Shown here piece after piece: positions 41,118 through 50,377 of a stretch of DNA of 64,000 nucleotides. The notes below the pieces were generated by a model that was not told the DNA's origin, ran no database searches, and saw only the letters and a list, made by a program, of their open reading frames with translations. Every line of letters starts with the position of its first letter. Position 1 is the stretch's first letter. This stretch comes from Novosphingobium sp. (GTDB lineage: Bacteria > Pseudomonadota > Alphaproteobacteria > Sphingomonadales > Sphingomonadaceae), in contig JAYURW010000094.1 of assembly GCA_043756025.1 (NCBI GenBank), forward strand, positions 13,789-77,788, given 5' to 3'. Position numbers and translations under genes: made by a program.

Positions 41118-41823
41118 GATCGGTGCCGCACAGGCGATCCCAGAAACGAAAGTAGAGTCCATAATTGCCCCGATAGTGATCGTGATGGTGTTGATGGTGG
41201 GTCGCCGTTATCAGCCATCGTCCTGCTCGGCCATGAACAAGTCTGTCAGGAAACAGTTCCCAGCCCATGTGATTGGTCACCCCCATGACAGTCATGGTCA
41301 GTAGCACAGCCAGCACCACGCCCTGATGCAGCGGCAGAAAAAACACCAGCGCCGGGATCACAAAGGCCCCGCTCAGCGCCTCCCAAGGGTGAAAGCTCAT
41401 CGCCGCCCAAGCGGTTGGCGGACGGCTGGCATGATGGACCGCGTGGATCCGGCGGAATAGCAGCGGATGATGCATCGCGCGGTGGGTCCAATAGAACCAG
41501 CCATCATGCAGCAGCAGGCAGAGCAGGAACGAGACCGGCAGCCACCACAACGGATAGGCCCCAGCGTCGCTGTAGATTTGGGTCCAGCCCAGTTCTTGCC
41601 AAGCCCAGGCGGACAGGCCAGCCGGAACGCCATAGATCCCCGCACTGAGCAATGACCAGCCGATCTCACGGTTGATCTGCTGCTTGAGCCCGCGGTGCAG
41701 CCCCGGCATCCTGCGCTCACCCAACCAGGCAAACAGTCCGCTACTGGCCAGATAACGTATTGCAACAATCAGCGTCATCGCCAGCATCGCTGACAAGGCT
41801 GCACCTATTTGTTCGTTCTGCAC
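41074..41823 (-). CDS. crtG: Carotenoid 2,2'-beta-hydroxylase (sterol desaturase family)
   Basis: His boxes HRAMH, HAVHH and HHQHH; PLWWLPVS and GNYGLYFRFWDR resemble CrtG from memory; divergent from crtY. Start may be 41787. Confidence 0.8.
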   Translation of the reverse strand: MQNEQIGAALSAMLAMTLIVAIRYLASSGLFAWLGERRMPGLHRGLKQQINREIGWSLLSAGIYGVPAGLSAWAWQELGWTQIYSDAGAYPLWWLPVSFLLCLLLHDGWFYWTHRAMHHPLLFRRIHAVHHASRPPTAWAAMSFHPWEALSGAFVIPALVFFLPLHQGVVLAVLLTMTVMGVTNHMGWELFPDRLVHGRAGRWLITATHHQHHHDHYRGNYGLYFRFWDRLCGTDRGLGRFAERAPGRG

Positions 41824-41865
41824 CGGCTTGGTCTATCAGCCGGGGCAGGCTATGGCGAGTGTCAC

Positions 41866-43026
41866 ATGGTGACCATTTCTCCCCCTTCCCCACCTCTGGT
41901 AATCGTCGGCGGCGGCTTGGCCGGATGCCTTGCCGCGCTGTGCCTGGCGCAGCGGCGGCCCGATATTCCGCTGTTGCTGCTGGAAAGCGGGGCCGTGTTT
42001 GGCGGCAACCACACCTGGTCATTCTTTGACAGCGATGTTCCGCCCGCCGCGCGCGATTTGATCGCTGCGCTGAACCCAGTGCGCTGGCCGCGCCACCGGG
42101 TGCGCTTTCCCGGCCGCGAGCGCGAACTGGCGATGGCCTATAACGCAGTGGATGCCCCGGCGCTGGATGCGCTGGTCCGGGCCCGGCTGGATGCAGGCAG
42201 CTGGCGGCTCAATACCGCTGTCGAGCAGATCGAGGCCGACGCCGTGGTGCTGTCGGGCGGTGAGCGGATCGCTGCGCTGGGCGTGATCGATGCGCGCGGA
42301 CCGAGCGGAGCCATGCCGGGGCTGGAATTAGGTTGGCAGAAGTTCGTCGGGATTGAATTTGCCGCCGCCGCGCCCGAACCGGACTGCCCCACGGTGATGG
42401 ACGCCACAGTGCCGCAACTGGACGGCTATCGCTTCGTCTATGTCCTGCCATTTACTGCCGAGCGCGTTCTGGTGGAGGACACCTATTACAGCAACGATCC
42501 TGCACTTGATGTAGCCCAAGTGGCTGACCGGGTCCGCGAATTGGCGCGGACACGCGGACTGCTGGGTCCAGAGCTGCGGCAGGAAACCGGCGTGCTGCCA
42601 ATCCTGATCGGCGGCGATCCCGAGGCGTTCTGGCCGCAGGACGATCCCGTTGCCCGGCTCGGCCTGCGCGGCGGATTTTTCCATGCCACCACCGGTTATT
42701 CGTTCAGCCTGGCGCTGCGGCTGGCGGTAAACCTAGCTGAGCGCAATGAGGCCTTCGATGGCAAGTCGCTGGCCGACTGGACGCGCGGACAATTTGCGCG
42801 GCATTGGCAGGATATGCGGTTCTTCCGGGTGCTCAACCGGATGCTGTTCGGGGCGGCGGAGCCTGACCAGCGCTACCGGATATTTGAGCATTTCTACCGG
42901 CTTGCACCCGATCTGATCGCGCGGTTCTATGCCGGAACGCCCAAGACGGCAGACCGGATGCGGATCCTGTCGGGCCGGCCGCCGGTGCCGGTTGGTGCCG
43001 CGATCCGGGCGCTGTTGCGGCGATGA
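41866..43026 (+). CDS. crtY: Lycopene beta-cyclase
   Basis: VGGGLAG, GGNHTWSF, QKFVG, MDATVPQLDGYRFVYVLP and FHATTGYS. Confidence 0.95.
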   Translation: MVTISPPSPPLVIVGGGLAGCLAALCLAQRRPDIPLLLLESGAVFGGNHTWSFFDSDVPPAARDLIAALNPVRWPRHRVRFPGRERELAMAYNAVDAPALDALVRARLDAGSWRLNTAVEQIEADAVVLSGGERIAALGVIDARGPSGAMPGLELGWQKFVGIEFAAAAPEPDCPTVMDATVPQLDGYRFVYVLPFTAERVLVEDTYYSNDPALDVAQVADRVRELARTRGLLGPELRQETGVLPILIGGDPEAFWPQDDPVARLGLRGGFFHATTGYSFSLALRLAVNLAERNEAFDGKSLADWTRGQFARHWQDMRFFRVLNRMLFGAAEPDQRYRIFEHFYRLAPDLIARFYAGTPKTADRMRILSGRPPVPVGAAIRALLRR

Positions 43027-43952
43027 CCAGCCGGGCCGAACTGGTCGCCGCCGCTGGGGCAACGATTGCGCGCGGATCGCAAAGCTTTGCTGCCGCCAGC
43101 AAACTGTTTGCGCCGGCCACCCGCGACCGGGCCTGGCTACTTTATGCCTGGTGCCGCGCCGCTGATGATATGACCGACGGGCAGGAACTGGGCCATGGCG
43201 CCAACACCGTCAGCGATCCCGTCGCCGCCCAGCTTGAACTGCAGGCCTTGACCGCCGCCGCACTGGACGGCGATGGGGCCGTACCGCTGCCGTTTGCCGC
43301 GCTGCGGCAGGTAGCCCGCGAAACCGCGATGCCGCGCGAGTTTATAGCCGATCATCTGGCTGGATTCGCGTTGGATGCAGCGGGCTGGCAGCCTGACAAT
43401 GCGGATGATCTGCTGCGCTATTGTTATCACGTGGCCGGAACCGTGGGCTGCATGATGGCAGTGGTGATGGGAGTCGATCCAGCCGACGAGGACACACTTA
43501 ACCGGGCCTGCGATCTGGGTCTGGCTTTTCAGCTGGCCAATATTGCCCGCGATATCGTGCCCGATGCCGCAGTGGGGCGGTGCTATGTTCCGGCGCAGTG
43601 GTTGGCGGCAGAAGGACTTTCGGCGGCTGACCTGACCGACCCGCAACACCGCCCGGCGCTCGCCCGGATCGCGGCGCGGCTGGTGGAATTGTCGCGGCCC
43701 TATCGTGCCTCGGCCCGGATTGGCGCAGCGCGGCTGCCGGGCCGGTCACGGCTGGCAGTGCTGGCCGCCGATGCGATCTATGGCGCGATTGGCGAACGGG
43801 TAGCCGCCAAAGGCTCGCAGGCCTGGGATCAGCGGGTCCGGGTCAGCACGGCTGGAAAGCTGGGGTTGTTCGCAGCGGCGGCAGCCCGCAGTATTCGAAC
43901 GCCAGCCGCTATACCGCGCACCGGGCTTTGGACCCGGATGCGGCCGGATTGA
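43023..43952 (+). CDS. crtB: Phytoene synthase
   Basis: GSQSFAAASKLF, LYAWCRAADDMTD, YCYHVAG and LGLAFQLANIARD. Confidence 0.95.
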   Translation: MTSRAELVAAAGATIARGSQSFAAASKLFAPATRDRAWLLYAWCRAADDMTDGQELGHGANTVSDPVAAQLELQALTAAALDGDGAVPLPFAALRQVARETAMPREFIADHLAGFALDAAGWQPDNADDLLRYCYHVAGTVGCMMAVVMGVDPADEDTLNRACDLGLAFQLANIARDIVPDAAVGRCYVPAQWLAAEGLSAADLTDPQHRPALARIAARLVELSRPYRASARIGAARLPGRSRLAVLAADAIYGAIGERVAAKGSQAWDQRVRVSTAGKLGLFAAAAARSIRTPAAIPRTGLWTRMRPD

Positions 43953-43955
43953 TCA

Positions 43956-44459
43956 TCAGTCCGGCGTTCCCGGTTCGCGCAGCCGGGCCTTGCCTGACGC
44001 TCGCAGCGCGGCTTTCAACCGGTCTATCGGCGGCGCCCACAGGAACCCAAAGCTGACCGCGCCGTGCTGGCTTTCCACCACGTGGTGGAGCCGGTGCGCC
44101 TGCACAATCCGTTTGAAATAATCACTGCGCGGCACGATCCGGTGCGGCAGGCGCTGGTGGACAATCCAATCGTGGAACCCGAAATAAATCGCGCCATAGC
44201 CCGCGATCCCGGCACCAATTGCCGTCACCCCATCACCCCAGCCGCCGCGCACCCCCAGCCAGATCAGTGTAATCGATGGCACGGCAAATATCACCGCATA
44301 CAGGTCATTCAACTCGAACGGCCCGCTCCGCGCGCGGTGGTGACTTTCGTGCAGGAACCAGCCCACACCATGCATCACCCAGCGGTGAACCGCATAGGCA
44401 AACAGTTCCATCGCCGCGAGCGTCGCGATGAAGATCAAGCTGAGCTGGAACCAATACAT
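43956..44459 (-). CDS. crtZ: Beta-carotene 3,3'-hydroxylase
   Basis: HRWVMHG, HESHH, FELND, HD..VHQR, AHRLHH and VSFGF. Confidence 0.95.
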   Translation of the reverse strand: MYWFQLSLIFIATLAAMELFAYAVHRWVMHGVGWFLHESHHRARSGPFELNDLYAVIFAVPSITLIWLGVRGGWGDGVTAIGAGIAGYGAIYFGFHDWIVHQRLPHRIVPRSDYFKRIVQAHRLHHVVESQHGAVSFGFLWAPPIDRLKAALRASGKARLREPGTPD

Positions 44460-44489
44460 CGGGGTCAGTCTATAGCAGTCTTTGCAGAT

Positions 44490-45962
44490 TTATACGATCA
44501 AGCTGGCGGTGGCTTTGGCGCTACCGACCACGCCGGGGATACCCGCGCCGGGATGGGTGCCCGCGCCGACAAAATATAGGTTGGAGAAGTGATCATCGCG
44601 GTTGTGCCCGCGGAACCAGGCGCTTTGAGTCAACACTGGTTCGAGGCTGAAGGCGCTGCCCAGATGGGCACCCAAATCATCAGAGAAGTCCTGCGGCGTA
44701 TAGTGGAAACAGGTGTCAAGCCGCTGATCCAGATCGGGGATCAGCTGATCGCAAATCCTGTCGAGCACGACCTGCTGATAACGCGGGCCTTCAACGGACC
44801 AATCAACTGGGGCGCGGCCCATGTGCGGCACCGGGGCCAAAGCATAGAAAGCTGATTTGCCGGCCGGGGCCATATCCGGATCAGTCGCGGTCGGATGGTG
44901 AAGATAGATTGAGGGATCATCTGGCAGCCGCCCGGTCTTGTAGATATCGTTCAACAGCGGCTCATAGCGATCTGAAAACAGGATCGAGTGGTGCGCAATA
45001 TCGGGGTAACTGCCGTTCAGGCCGAAATGGACCACGAACAGGCTGGGCGAAAAACGTTTGCGGTGCAATGCCTTGACCTTGCGTGCGGCATAATCTGATC
45101 CGGTCAGCAGTCCATAACTATGGACCAGATCGCCGTTGCTGGCGATCCGGTCACCTTTGAGTGTTTTGCCCGACGCGGTTACCACTCCGGTCACCAGCTT
45201 GCCCTGATGGGTGATCTGAGCGACCTTTTCGTTCAGCAGCAAGGTTCCGCCCAGTCGCTCAAACAGCGCGACCATGCCATTGACCAAAGAGCTGGTTCCG
45301 CCCTTGGCGAACCATACCCCGCCGAGCTTTTCCAGCTGGTGGATCAGCGCATAAATGCTGCTGGTTTTCATCGGATTCCCGCCGACCAGCAAACTGTGGA
45401 ACGACAGCACCTGGCGCAGTTTGTCATTCCGAACGAAGTCCGACACCACCGAATAGACCGAGCGCCAAGCCTGATATCTGGCCAGCGCCGGGGCCGCTCT
45501 CAGCATCTGACCAAAGTTGAGGAATGGGACCGCCCCAAGTTTCAGATAGCCCTCTTCGTAGACGCCTTTCGAATACTCGAGGAACCGGGCGTACCCGGCC
45601 ACATCGGCGGGATCGAGTTTGGCGATCTCGGCGTTCAACTCGGCTTCGTTGTTCGAATAATCGAACCGGGTGCCGTCGTTCCACAGCAGCCGGTAAAACG
45701 GTTCGACTGGCAACAATGTCACGTCATCAGCCATCCGGCTGCCAGACAATTGCCACAGCTCTTCCAGACACGCCGGATCAGTTATCACAGTGGGTCCGGC
45801 ATCAAAGGTATAGCCGTCCTGCTTCCAGACGTAGGCCCTGCCGCCGGGCCGATCGCGGGCTTCGATAATCGTTGTATCGATTCCGGCGCTTTGCAGGCGG
45901 ATCGCCAAGGCCAAGCCTCCGAAGCCGGAACCAATTACGATCGCACTAGTTTTTTCAGTCAT
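44490..45962 (-). CDS. crtI: Phytoene desaturase
   Basis: IGSGFGGLALAIRLQ, FDAGPTVITDP and VGAGTHPGAGIPGV. Confidence 0.96.
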   Translation of the reverse strand: MTEKTSAIVIGSGFGGLALAIRLQSAGIDTTIIEARDRPGGRAYVWKQDGYTFDAGPTVITDPACLEELWQLSGSRMADDVTLLPVEPFYRLLWNDGTRFDYSNNEAELNAEIAKLDPADVAGYARFLEYSKGVYEEGYLKLGAVPFLNFGQMLRAAPALARYQAWRSVYSVVSDFVRNDKLRQVLSFHSLLVGGNPMKTSSIYALIHQLEKLGGVWFAKGGTSSLVNGMVALFERLGGTLLLNEKVAQITHQGKLVTGVVTASGKTLKGDRIASNGDLVHSYGLLTGSDYAARKVKALHRKRFSPSLFVVHFGLNGSYPDIAHHSILFSDRYEPLLNDIYKTGRLPDDPSIYLHHPTATDPDMAPAGKSAFYALAPVPHMGRAPVDWSVEGPRYQQVVLDRICDQLIPDLDQRLDTCFHYTPQDFSDDLGAHLGSAFSLEPVLTQSAWFRGHNRDDHFSNLYFVGAGTHPGAGIPGVVGSAKATASLIV

Positions 45963-46063
45963 GACAAATCGCTTACTATGCGCGGCTGGGCCCACAACCT
46001 GTCCCAAAGGACGGATGTTGTTCTTCCCTACCTTGATAGACGATGCCAATATAAAGGGAAGCT

Positions 46064-47938
46064 ATGGCTGGAACGACGATAACCCCGGGCAAAGTCCAAA
46101 CAGTCGCTGGCGAGCGCCGCGTTCTGCTGGCCAATCCGCGTGGGTTTTGCGCGGGAGTTCAGCGGGCGATTGATGCGGTTGAGCAGGCGTTGGCTCTGCA
46201 CGGGGCGCCGGTATTTGTGCGCCGGGCGATTGTCCACAATCAGGCCGTAGTGGACAAGCTTGAGCGACAAGGCGCAGTTTTCGTCCAAGAGGTCGACGAG
46301 ATACCCGAAGGCGCGATCACCGTACTTTCCGCCCACGGCAGCGCCCGCTCGGTCAAATTGGCGGCGCAGGGCCGCAGCTTGCGCTTAGTCGATGCAATCT
46401 GTCCGCTGGTGTCCAAAGTCCACAGCGAAGTCGAAAGTTGGTATCGTAGCGGCCGTCACGTCCTGCTGATCGGCCACCAAGGTCACCCCGAAGTGGTCGG
46501 CACGCTGGGTCAAGTTCCAGCCGGCGCAATTTCGGTGGTGGGTAAACCCGATGATATCGACGGGCTCGACCTGCCGCCCAACAGCGCGATTGCCTATGCC
46601 GTGCAGACCACCTTTGGCATGCGCGACGCCGATGGAATGATCACCGCGATCAAGGCCCGGTTCCGCGATGTCACCGGGCCGCGGGCCAGCGATATTTGTT
46701 ATGCGACAACCAACCGCCAGCAGGCAATCGAGCAGTTGGCCGGGTTGGCCGATCTGGTGCTCGTGGTGGGCGATACGATGTCCTCAAATGCGCGCCGACT
46801 GGTCGAGGTTGCCCGCGCGGCAGGCTGCACCGAAGCACATCTGATCGCCGATGCCGCTGGGTTGCCGGTGGAATTGATCGAGCGCGCGACCACAATCGGC
46901 CTCACTGCTGCGGCCTCAACCCCGGAGGATGCAGTGGCCGGGGTTTGCGAGGCGTTGCGGCAACGCGGGTTTGCTCTGGAAGAAGCGGCAGGCACGGTTG
47001 AGCGGGTTCGCTTCCGGCCCGTGTCGCTGCTCGGCGCACAGCCGCCAGCGCTGGCCGGGTCGCTTGAAGACCGGCTGTCACGCCTGCGGGCAGATATCGA
47101 CACCACGCTCGATCAGGCGATTGGTCAAAGCGGCGGCCGGGACCGGCGACTGGCCGATGCGATGCGCTATGCCGCGATGGGCGGCGGCAAGCGATTTCGC
47201 GCGCTGCTGGTGGCGGCTGTCAGCGACTTGGTCGGCGGTTCCTATGACCAGGCGCTGCGGGTTGGTGCGGCGATTGAATGCGTCCATGCCCAGTCGCTGG
47301 TCCATGACGATTTGCCCTGCATGGACGATGATGATCTGCGCCGCGGCCGGCCGACGTTGCACCGCAAATTTGATGAGGCGACTGCGGTTCTGGCGGGCGA
47401 TGCCCTGCTGGCGCTGGCGTTCGAACTTTTGGCCGATGAAGCTACCCATCCCGATGGCGCTGTGCGGGCGCGGCTAGTGCTGGCCATGGCCCGGGCGGTG
47501 GGGCAAGATGGACTGGCGGGCGGCCAGATGCTGGATTTGTACCCTCCCGCTCAGCCGAGCAAGCAAGACCTGTTCGAATGCGAATCGCGCAAGACCGGGG
47601 CATTGATAAGGTTTGCTGTGGAATCCGGCGCGATGCTGGGCAAATGCAGCAGCGACGATTTGGCGCGCCTGCTCCGCTTCGCCGAAAATCTCGGGCTGGT
47701 GTTCCAGATCCGCGACGACATTCTGGATGACATCGGCGATGCCGCCGTGGTCGGCAAAGCACTGCGCAAGGATGCGGCTGGCGGACGCAAGAGCGCAACA
47801 CTGCTGTTCGGGCTGGACGGGGCGGCGCAGCAAGCCAGCTTGCTGGAAAACGCCTGCCACGAAGCGCTCGACGGGTTTGGGCCAAGGGCGATGCCGCTGC
47901 GCGATTTGGCGCGATTTGCCGTCAACCGGATGCATTGA
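46064..47938 (+). CDS. Fusion of IspH (HMBPP reductase) and a polyprenyl (probably GGPP, CrtE-like) synthase
   Basis: N-terminal half: RGFCAGV, AHG, DAICPLV, HPEV, QTT, DICYAT, SSN. C-terminal half: GGKRFR, DDLPCMDD..RRG, KTG, FQIRDDILD. One uninterrupted frame. Confidence 0.9.
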   Translation: MAGTTITPGKVQTVAGERRVLLANPRGFCAGVQRAIDAVEQALALHGAPVFVRRAIVHNQAVVDKLERQGAVFVQEVDEIPEGAITVLSAHGSARSVKLAAQGRSLRLVDAICPLVSKVHSEVESWYRSGRHVLLIGHQGHPEVVGTLGQVPAGAISVVGKPDDIDGLDLPPNSAIAYAVQTTFGMRDADGMITAIKARFRDVTGPRASDICYATTNRQQAIEQLAGLADLVLVVGDTMSSNARRLVEVARAAGCTEAHLIADAAGLPVELIERATTIGLTAAASTPEDAVAGVCEALRQRGFALEEAAGTVERVRFRPVSLLGAQPPALAGSLEDRLSRLRADIDTTLDQAIGQSGGRDRRLADAMRYAAMGGGKRFRALLVAAVSDLVGGSYDQALRVGAAIECVHAQSLVHDDLPCMDDDDLRRGRPTLHRKFDEATAVLAGDALLALAFELLADEATHPDGAVRARLVLAMARAVGQDGLAGGQMLDLYPPAQPSKQDLFECESRKTGALIRFAVESGAMLGKCSSDDLARLLRFAENLGLVFQIRDDILDDIGDAAVVGKALRKDAAGGRKSATLLFGLDGAAQQASLLENACHEALDGFGPRAMPLRDLARFAVNRMH

Positions 47939-47954
47939 TCCGGCTAAGCGCGGG

Positions 47955-48539
47955 CTATAGCCCTGCTTCGATCGCGATCCGGATCGCTTCGGCCACTGTC
48001 CGCACCCCCAACCCCTTGAGCATCGCAGCGCGGTGCATCTTGACGGTCCGTTCGGTCAGCGAGAGTTCAAAGGCGATCTGCTTGTTGAGCCGGCCCTTGG
48101 CCAATGCCTCAAGGATCTGATGCTGGCGCCGGGTCAAACCGTCAACCATCGCGCGGGCTCGTTCATGCCGGCTTGCACCGCTGACATCGACAGCCATCTG
48201 CGAGCCGAGGAAGTAGGCCAGCTTGCCGTCATCATCGAACAGCGGCGCGATCATCACCGCATTGCGGAACGGTGTACCATCCTTGCGGTAATTGATCAGC
48301 TCGACCATCGCCGGGCGCTGCTCGGCCACGGCATCGCGCAACATCGCCGTCTGTTCCGCTTCGGTTTCCTGGCCGCGCAGGAACCGGCAATTGCGGCCGA
48401 TGATTTCGTCACGGGAATAGCCGGTCAATTGCATGAAAGCTGCATTGCAGGCGACAATCGGATTATCGGTCTGGCGCGGATCGCTGACCACGGCGGCGAC
48501 CTTGCTGTTTTCTATCAGTGACTCGGGACTTGATTGCAC
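47955..48539 (-). CDS. LOV-LuxR HTH blue-light-activated transcription factor (EL222-like)
   Basis: LOV motif GRNCRFLRG, NYRKDG, YFLGSQ; HTH NKQIAFELSLTERTVKMHR...IAIEAGL. Probable GTG start 48539 after GAGG. Confidence 0.92.
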   Translation of the reverse strand: MQSSPESLIENSKVAAVVSDPRQTDNPIVACNAAFMQLTGYSRDEIIGRNCRFLRGQETEAEQTAMLRDAVAEQRPAMVELINYRKDGTPFRNAVMIAPLFDDDGKLAYFLGSQMAVDVSGASRHERARAMVDGLTRRQHQILEALAKGRLNKQIAFELSLTERTVKMHRAAMLKGLGVRTVAEAIRIAIEAGL

Positions 48540-48684
48540 TGGCAAACGCCTCGCTGAACTGCACGTTCGGTCATATCGCAGACTGCGGGGCGAAAGCCTA
48601 GACGGTTTTTGCCGGTCGCTGCACTTCCCCCTCCCGATGGCGGCCGGTACAGTTCCCCTCACGCTCAAGCTGCAAGGACCAGTC

Positions 48685-49659
48685 ATGAAGGTGGCCATTG
48701 TCGGTGCCGGGATTGCTGGGTTAGCCTGTGCCAAGCGGTTAGCCGAGCATGGCCTTGAACCTCACCTGTTTGACAAAGGCCGCCGGCCTGGTGGGCGGCT
48801 TTCAACGCTGGAATTAGACGGCGACGCCTGGGATTTCGGCGCACCGTATTTCAAAGTCACCAGCCCGGCATTCGCCGTTCAGGCTTCCTTGTGGGAACGC
48901 GATGGTTTGATTACTCGCTGGCCGGCTGGTCCCGAAGGCGCCTGGGTCGGGGTGCCCGCGATGGGTGCCTTAGTCGCGGCTGAGGCAGCCAAACTTTCGG
49001 TCCGGTTTTCAGCCCAGATTGTCCGGATCGACAGCGCTCACGCTGGCTGGACCCTATCCGGTCCAGATGTGAATGAAGGCCCGTTTGGGGCGGTTGTCAT
49101 TGCGGTTCCCTGTGAACAAGCGGCATCGCTGCTGGCCGTTCACGATCTGGCTATGGCGCAAGAGGCGGCTTCGGTGCGATCGGTGCCGTGTTGGTCGGTG
49201 ATGGCCAGCTTTGCCGAACCACTGCCCGGTCTGCCCGATGTCATCCGCGAACAGGGCCCGATCCGCTGGGCGGCACGCAACAATTCCAAGCCGGGTCGCG
49301 GCGATGCCGAATGCTGGGTAATCCAGAGCGGCAGCGAATGGTCCCGCGAAAATATCGAAGCTGAGCCCGCGCAGGTCGCAAACGAACTGCTTCAGGCCCT
49401 CGCTCGGATCAACGGTGCGGCCTTGCCCAACCCAGTGTTCCTCAAGGCCCATCGCTGGCGCTTTGCTCTGCCGCTGGGCCAGCGCGGCGCGCCGTTATGG
49501 AATCCGGCCCTGCAGCTGGGCGCATGCGGCGATTGGTGTATCGGACCGCAGATCGATGGGGCTTGGCAATCGGGCGCGGAATTGGCCGATCAGATCGCCG
49601 CTGGACTGGCTGACGCTGTGCCAGCCCAGCCCGCAGACCAGAACCATGGCACCGCCTGA
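48685..49659 (+). CDS. Renalase-like FAD/NAD(P)-dependent oxidoreductase
   Basis: IVGAGIAG, FDKGRRPGGRLST, DFGAPYF, HRWRFA and CGDW. Confidence 0.88.
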   Translation: MKVAIVGAGIAGLACAKRLAEHGLEPHLFDKGRRPGGRLSTLELDGDAWDFGAPYFKVTSPAFAVQASLWERDGLITRWPAGPEGAWVGVPAMGALVAAEAAKLSVRFSAQIVRIDSAHAGWTLSGPDVNEGPFGAVVIAVPCEQAASLLAVHDLAMAQEAASVRSVPCWSVMASFAEPLPGLPDVIREQGPIRWAARNNSKPGRGDAECWVIQSGSEWSRENIEAEPAQVANELLQALARINGAALPNPVFLKAHRWRFALPLGQRGAPLWNPALQLGACGDWCIGPQIDGAWQSGAELADQIAAGLADAVPAQPADQNHGTA

Positions 49660-50374
49660 CCAATCGGCGGTGGTGTTCGGCGCCAGTGGCAGCATTGGCA
49701 GCGCATTGGTGCGACAACTGGCAGACTCTGGACAATTCGGCATAATTTATGCCGGTGCGCGTGGTCCGCTGCTGGACCTGCCAACGGGGGCCGCGGCCTT
49801 TCAGTTTGATCTGACCGATGAGGTTACGATTGCCGCGGCGGCGCGCAGTTTTGCTGCTCCTCCGACGTTGGTGATCGTCGCCTCGGGCATTCTGCACGAT
49901 CCCAGCCGCGGGATTGCGCCCGAGAAAGGCTGGCGGATGATTGATCCAGCGGCAATGGCCCGGCTGATGGCGATTAACGCCATCGGACCAGCCCTGATTG
50001 CTAAGCACCTGCTGCCGTTGTTACCGCGAGACCGGCGGGCAGTGTTCGCCGCATTGTCTGCCCGGGTTGGATCGATCAGCGATAACCGGCTGGGCGGCTG
50101 GCACGCCTATCGCGCCAGCAAAGCCGCGCTCAATATGCTGGTGGCCAATTTCGGAATAGAACTGGCCCGCAGCCATCCCCGCGCCATCGCCGCCGCGCTG
50201 CATCCCGGCACGGTGACCAGCGCATTGTCCGCGCCTTTCCGGCAAAGCACGCCGGACAATCGGCTGTTCAGCCCGGATGAGGCGGCGGAGCATTTGCTGA
50301 GCGTAATTGAGAGCCTGACGCCAGCGGACAGCGGCGGGTTGTTCGCTTGGGATGGGCAGCGCTTGCCTTGGTAA
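49646..50374 (+). CDS. CsgA (C-factor)-like short-chain dehydrogenase
   Basis: GASGSIG, LSARVGSISDNRLGGWHAYRASKAALN and LHPGTV. Confidence 0.9.
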   Translation: MAPPDQSAVVFGASGSIGSALVRQLADSGQFGIIYAGARGPLLDLPTGAAAFQFDLTDEVTIAAAARSFAAPPTLVIVASGILHDPSRGIAPEKGWRMIDPAAMARLMAINAIGPALIAKHLLPLLPRDRRAVFAALSARVGSISDNRLGGWHAYRASKAALNMLVANFGIELARSHPRAIAAALHPGTVTSALSAPFRQSTPDNRLFSPDEAAEHLLSVIESLTPADSGGLFAWDGQRLPW

Positions 50375-50377
50375 GGC

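Noticed and set aside
48540-48684. EL222 consensus RGNCYWWRGNCY in the LOV and crt promoter regions
   Set aside because: Only half-sites were found by eye (plus a TTCCCCTC direct repeat); not enough to call an operator.
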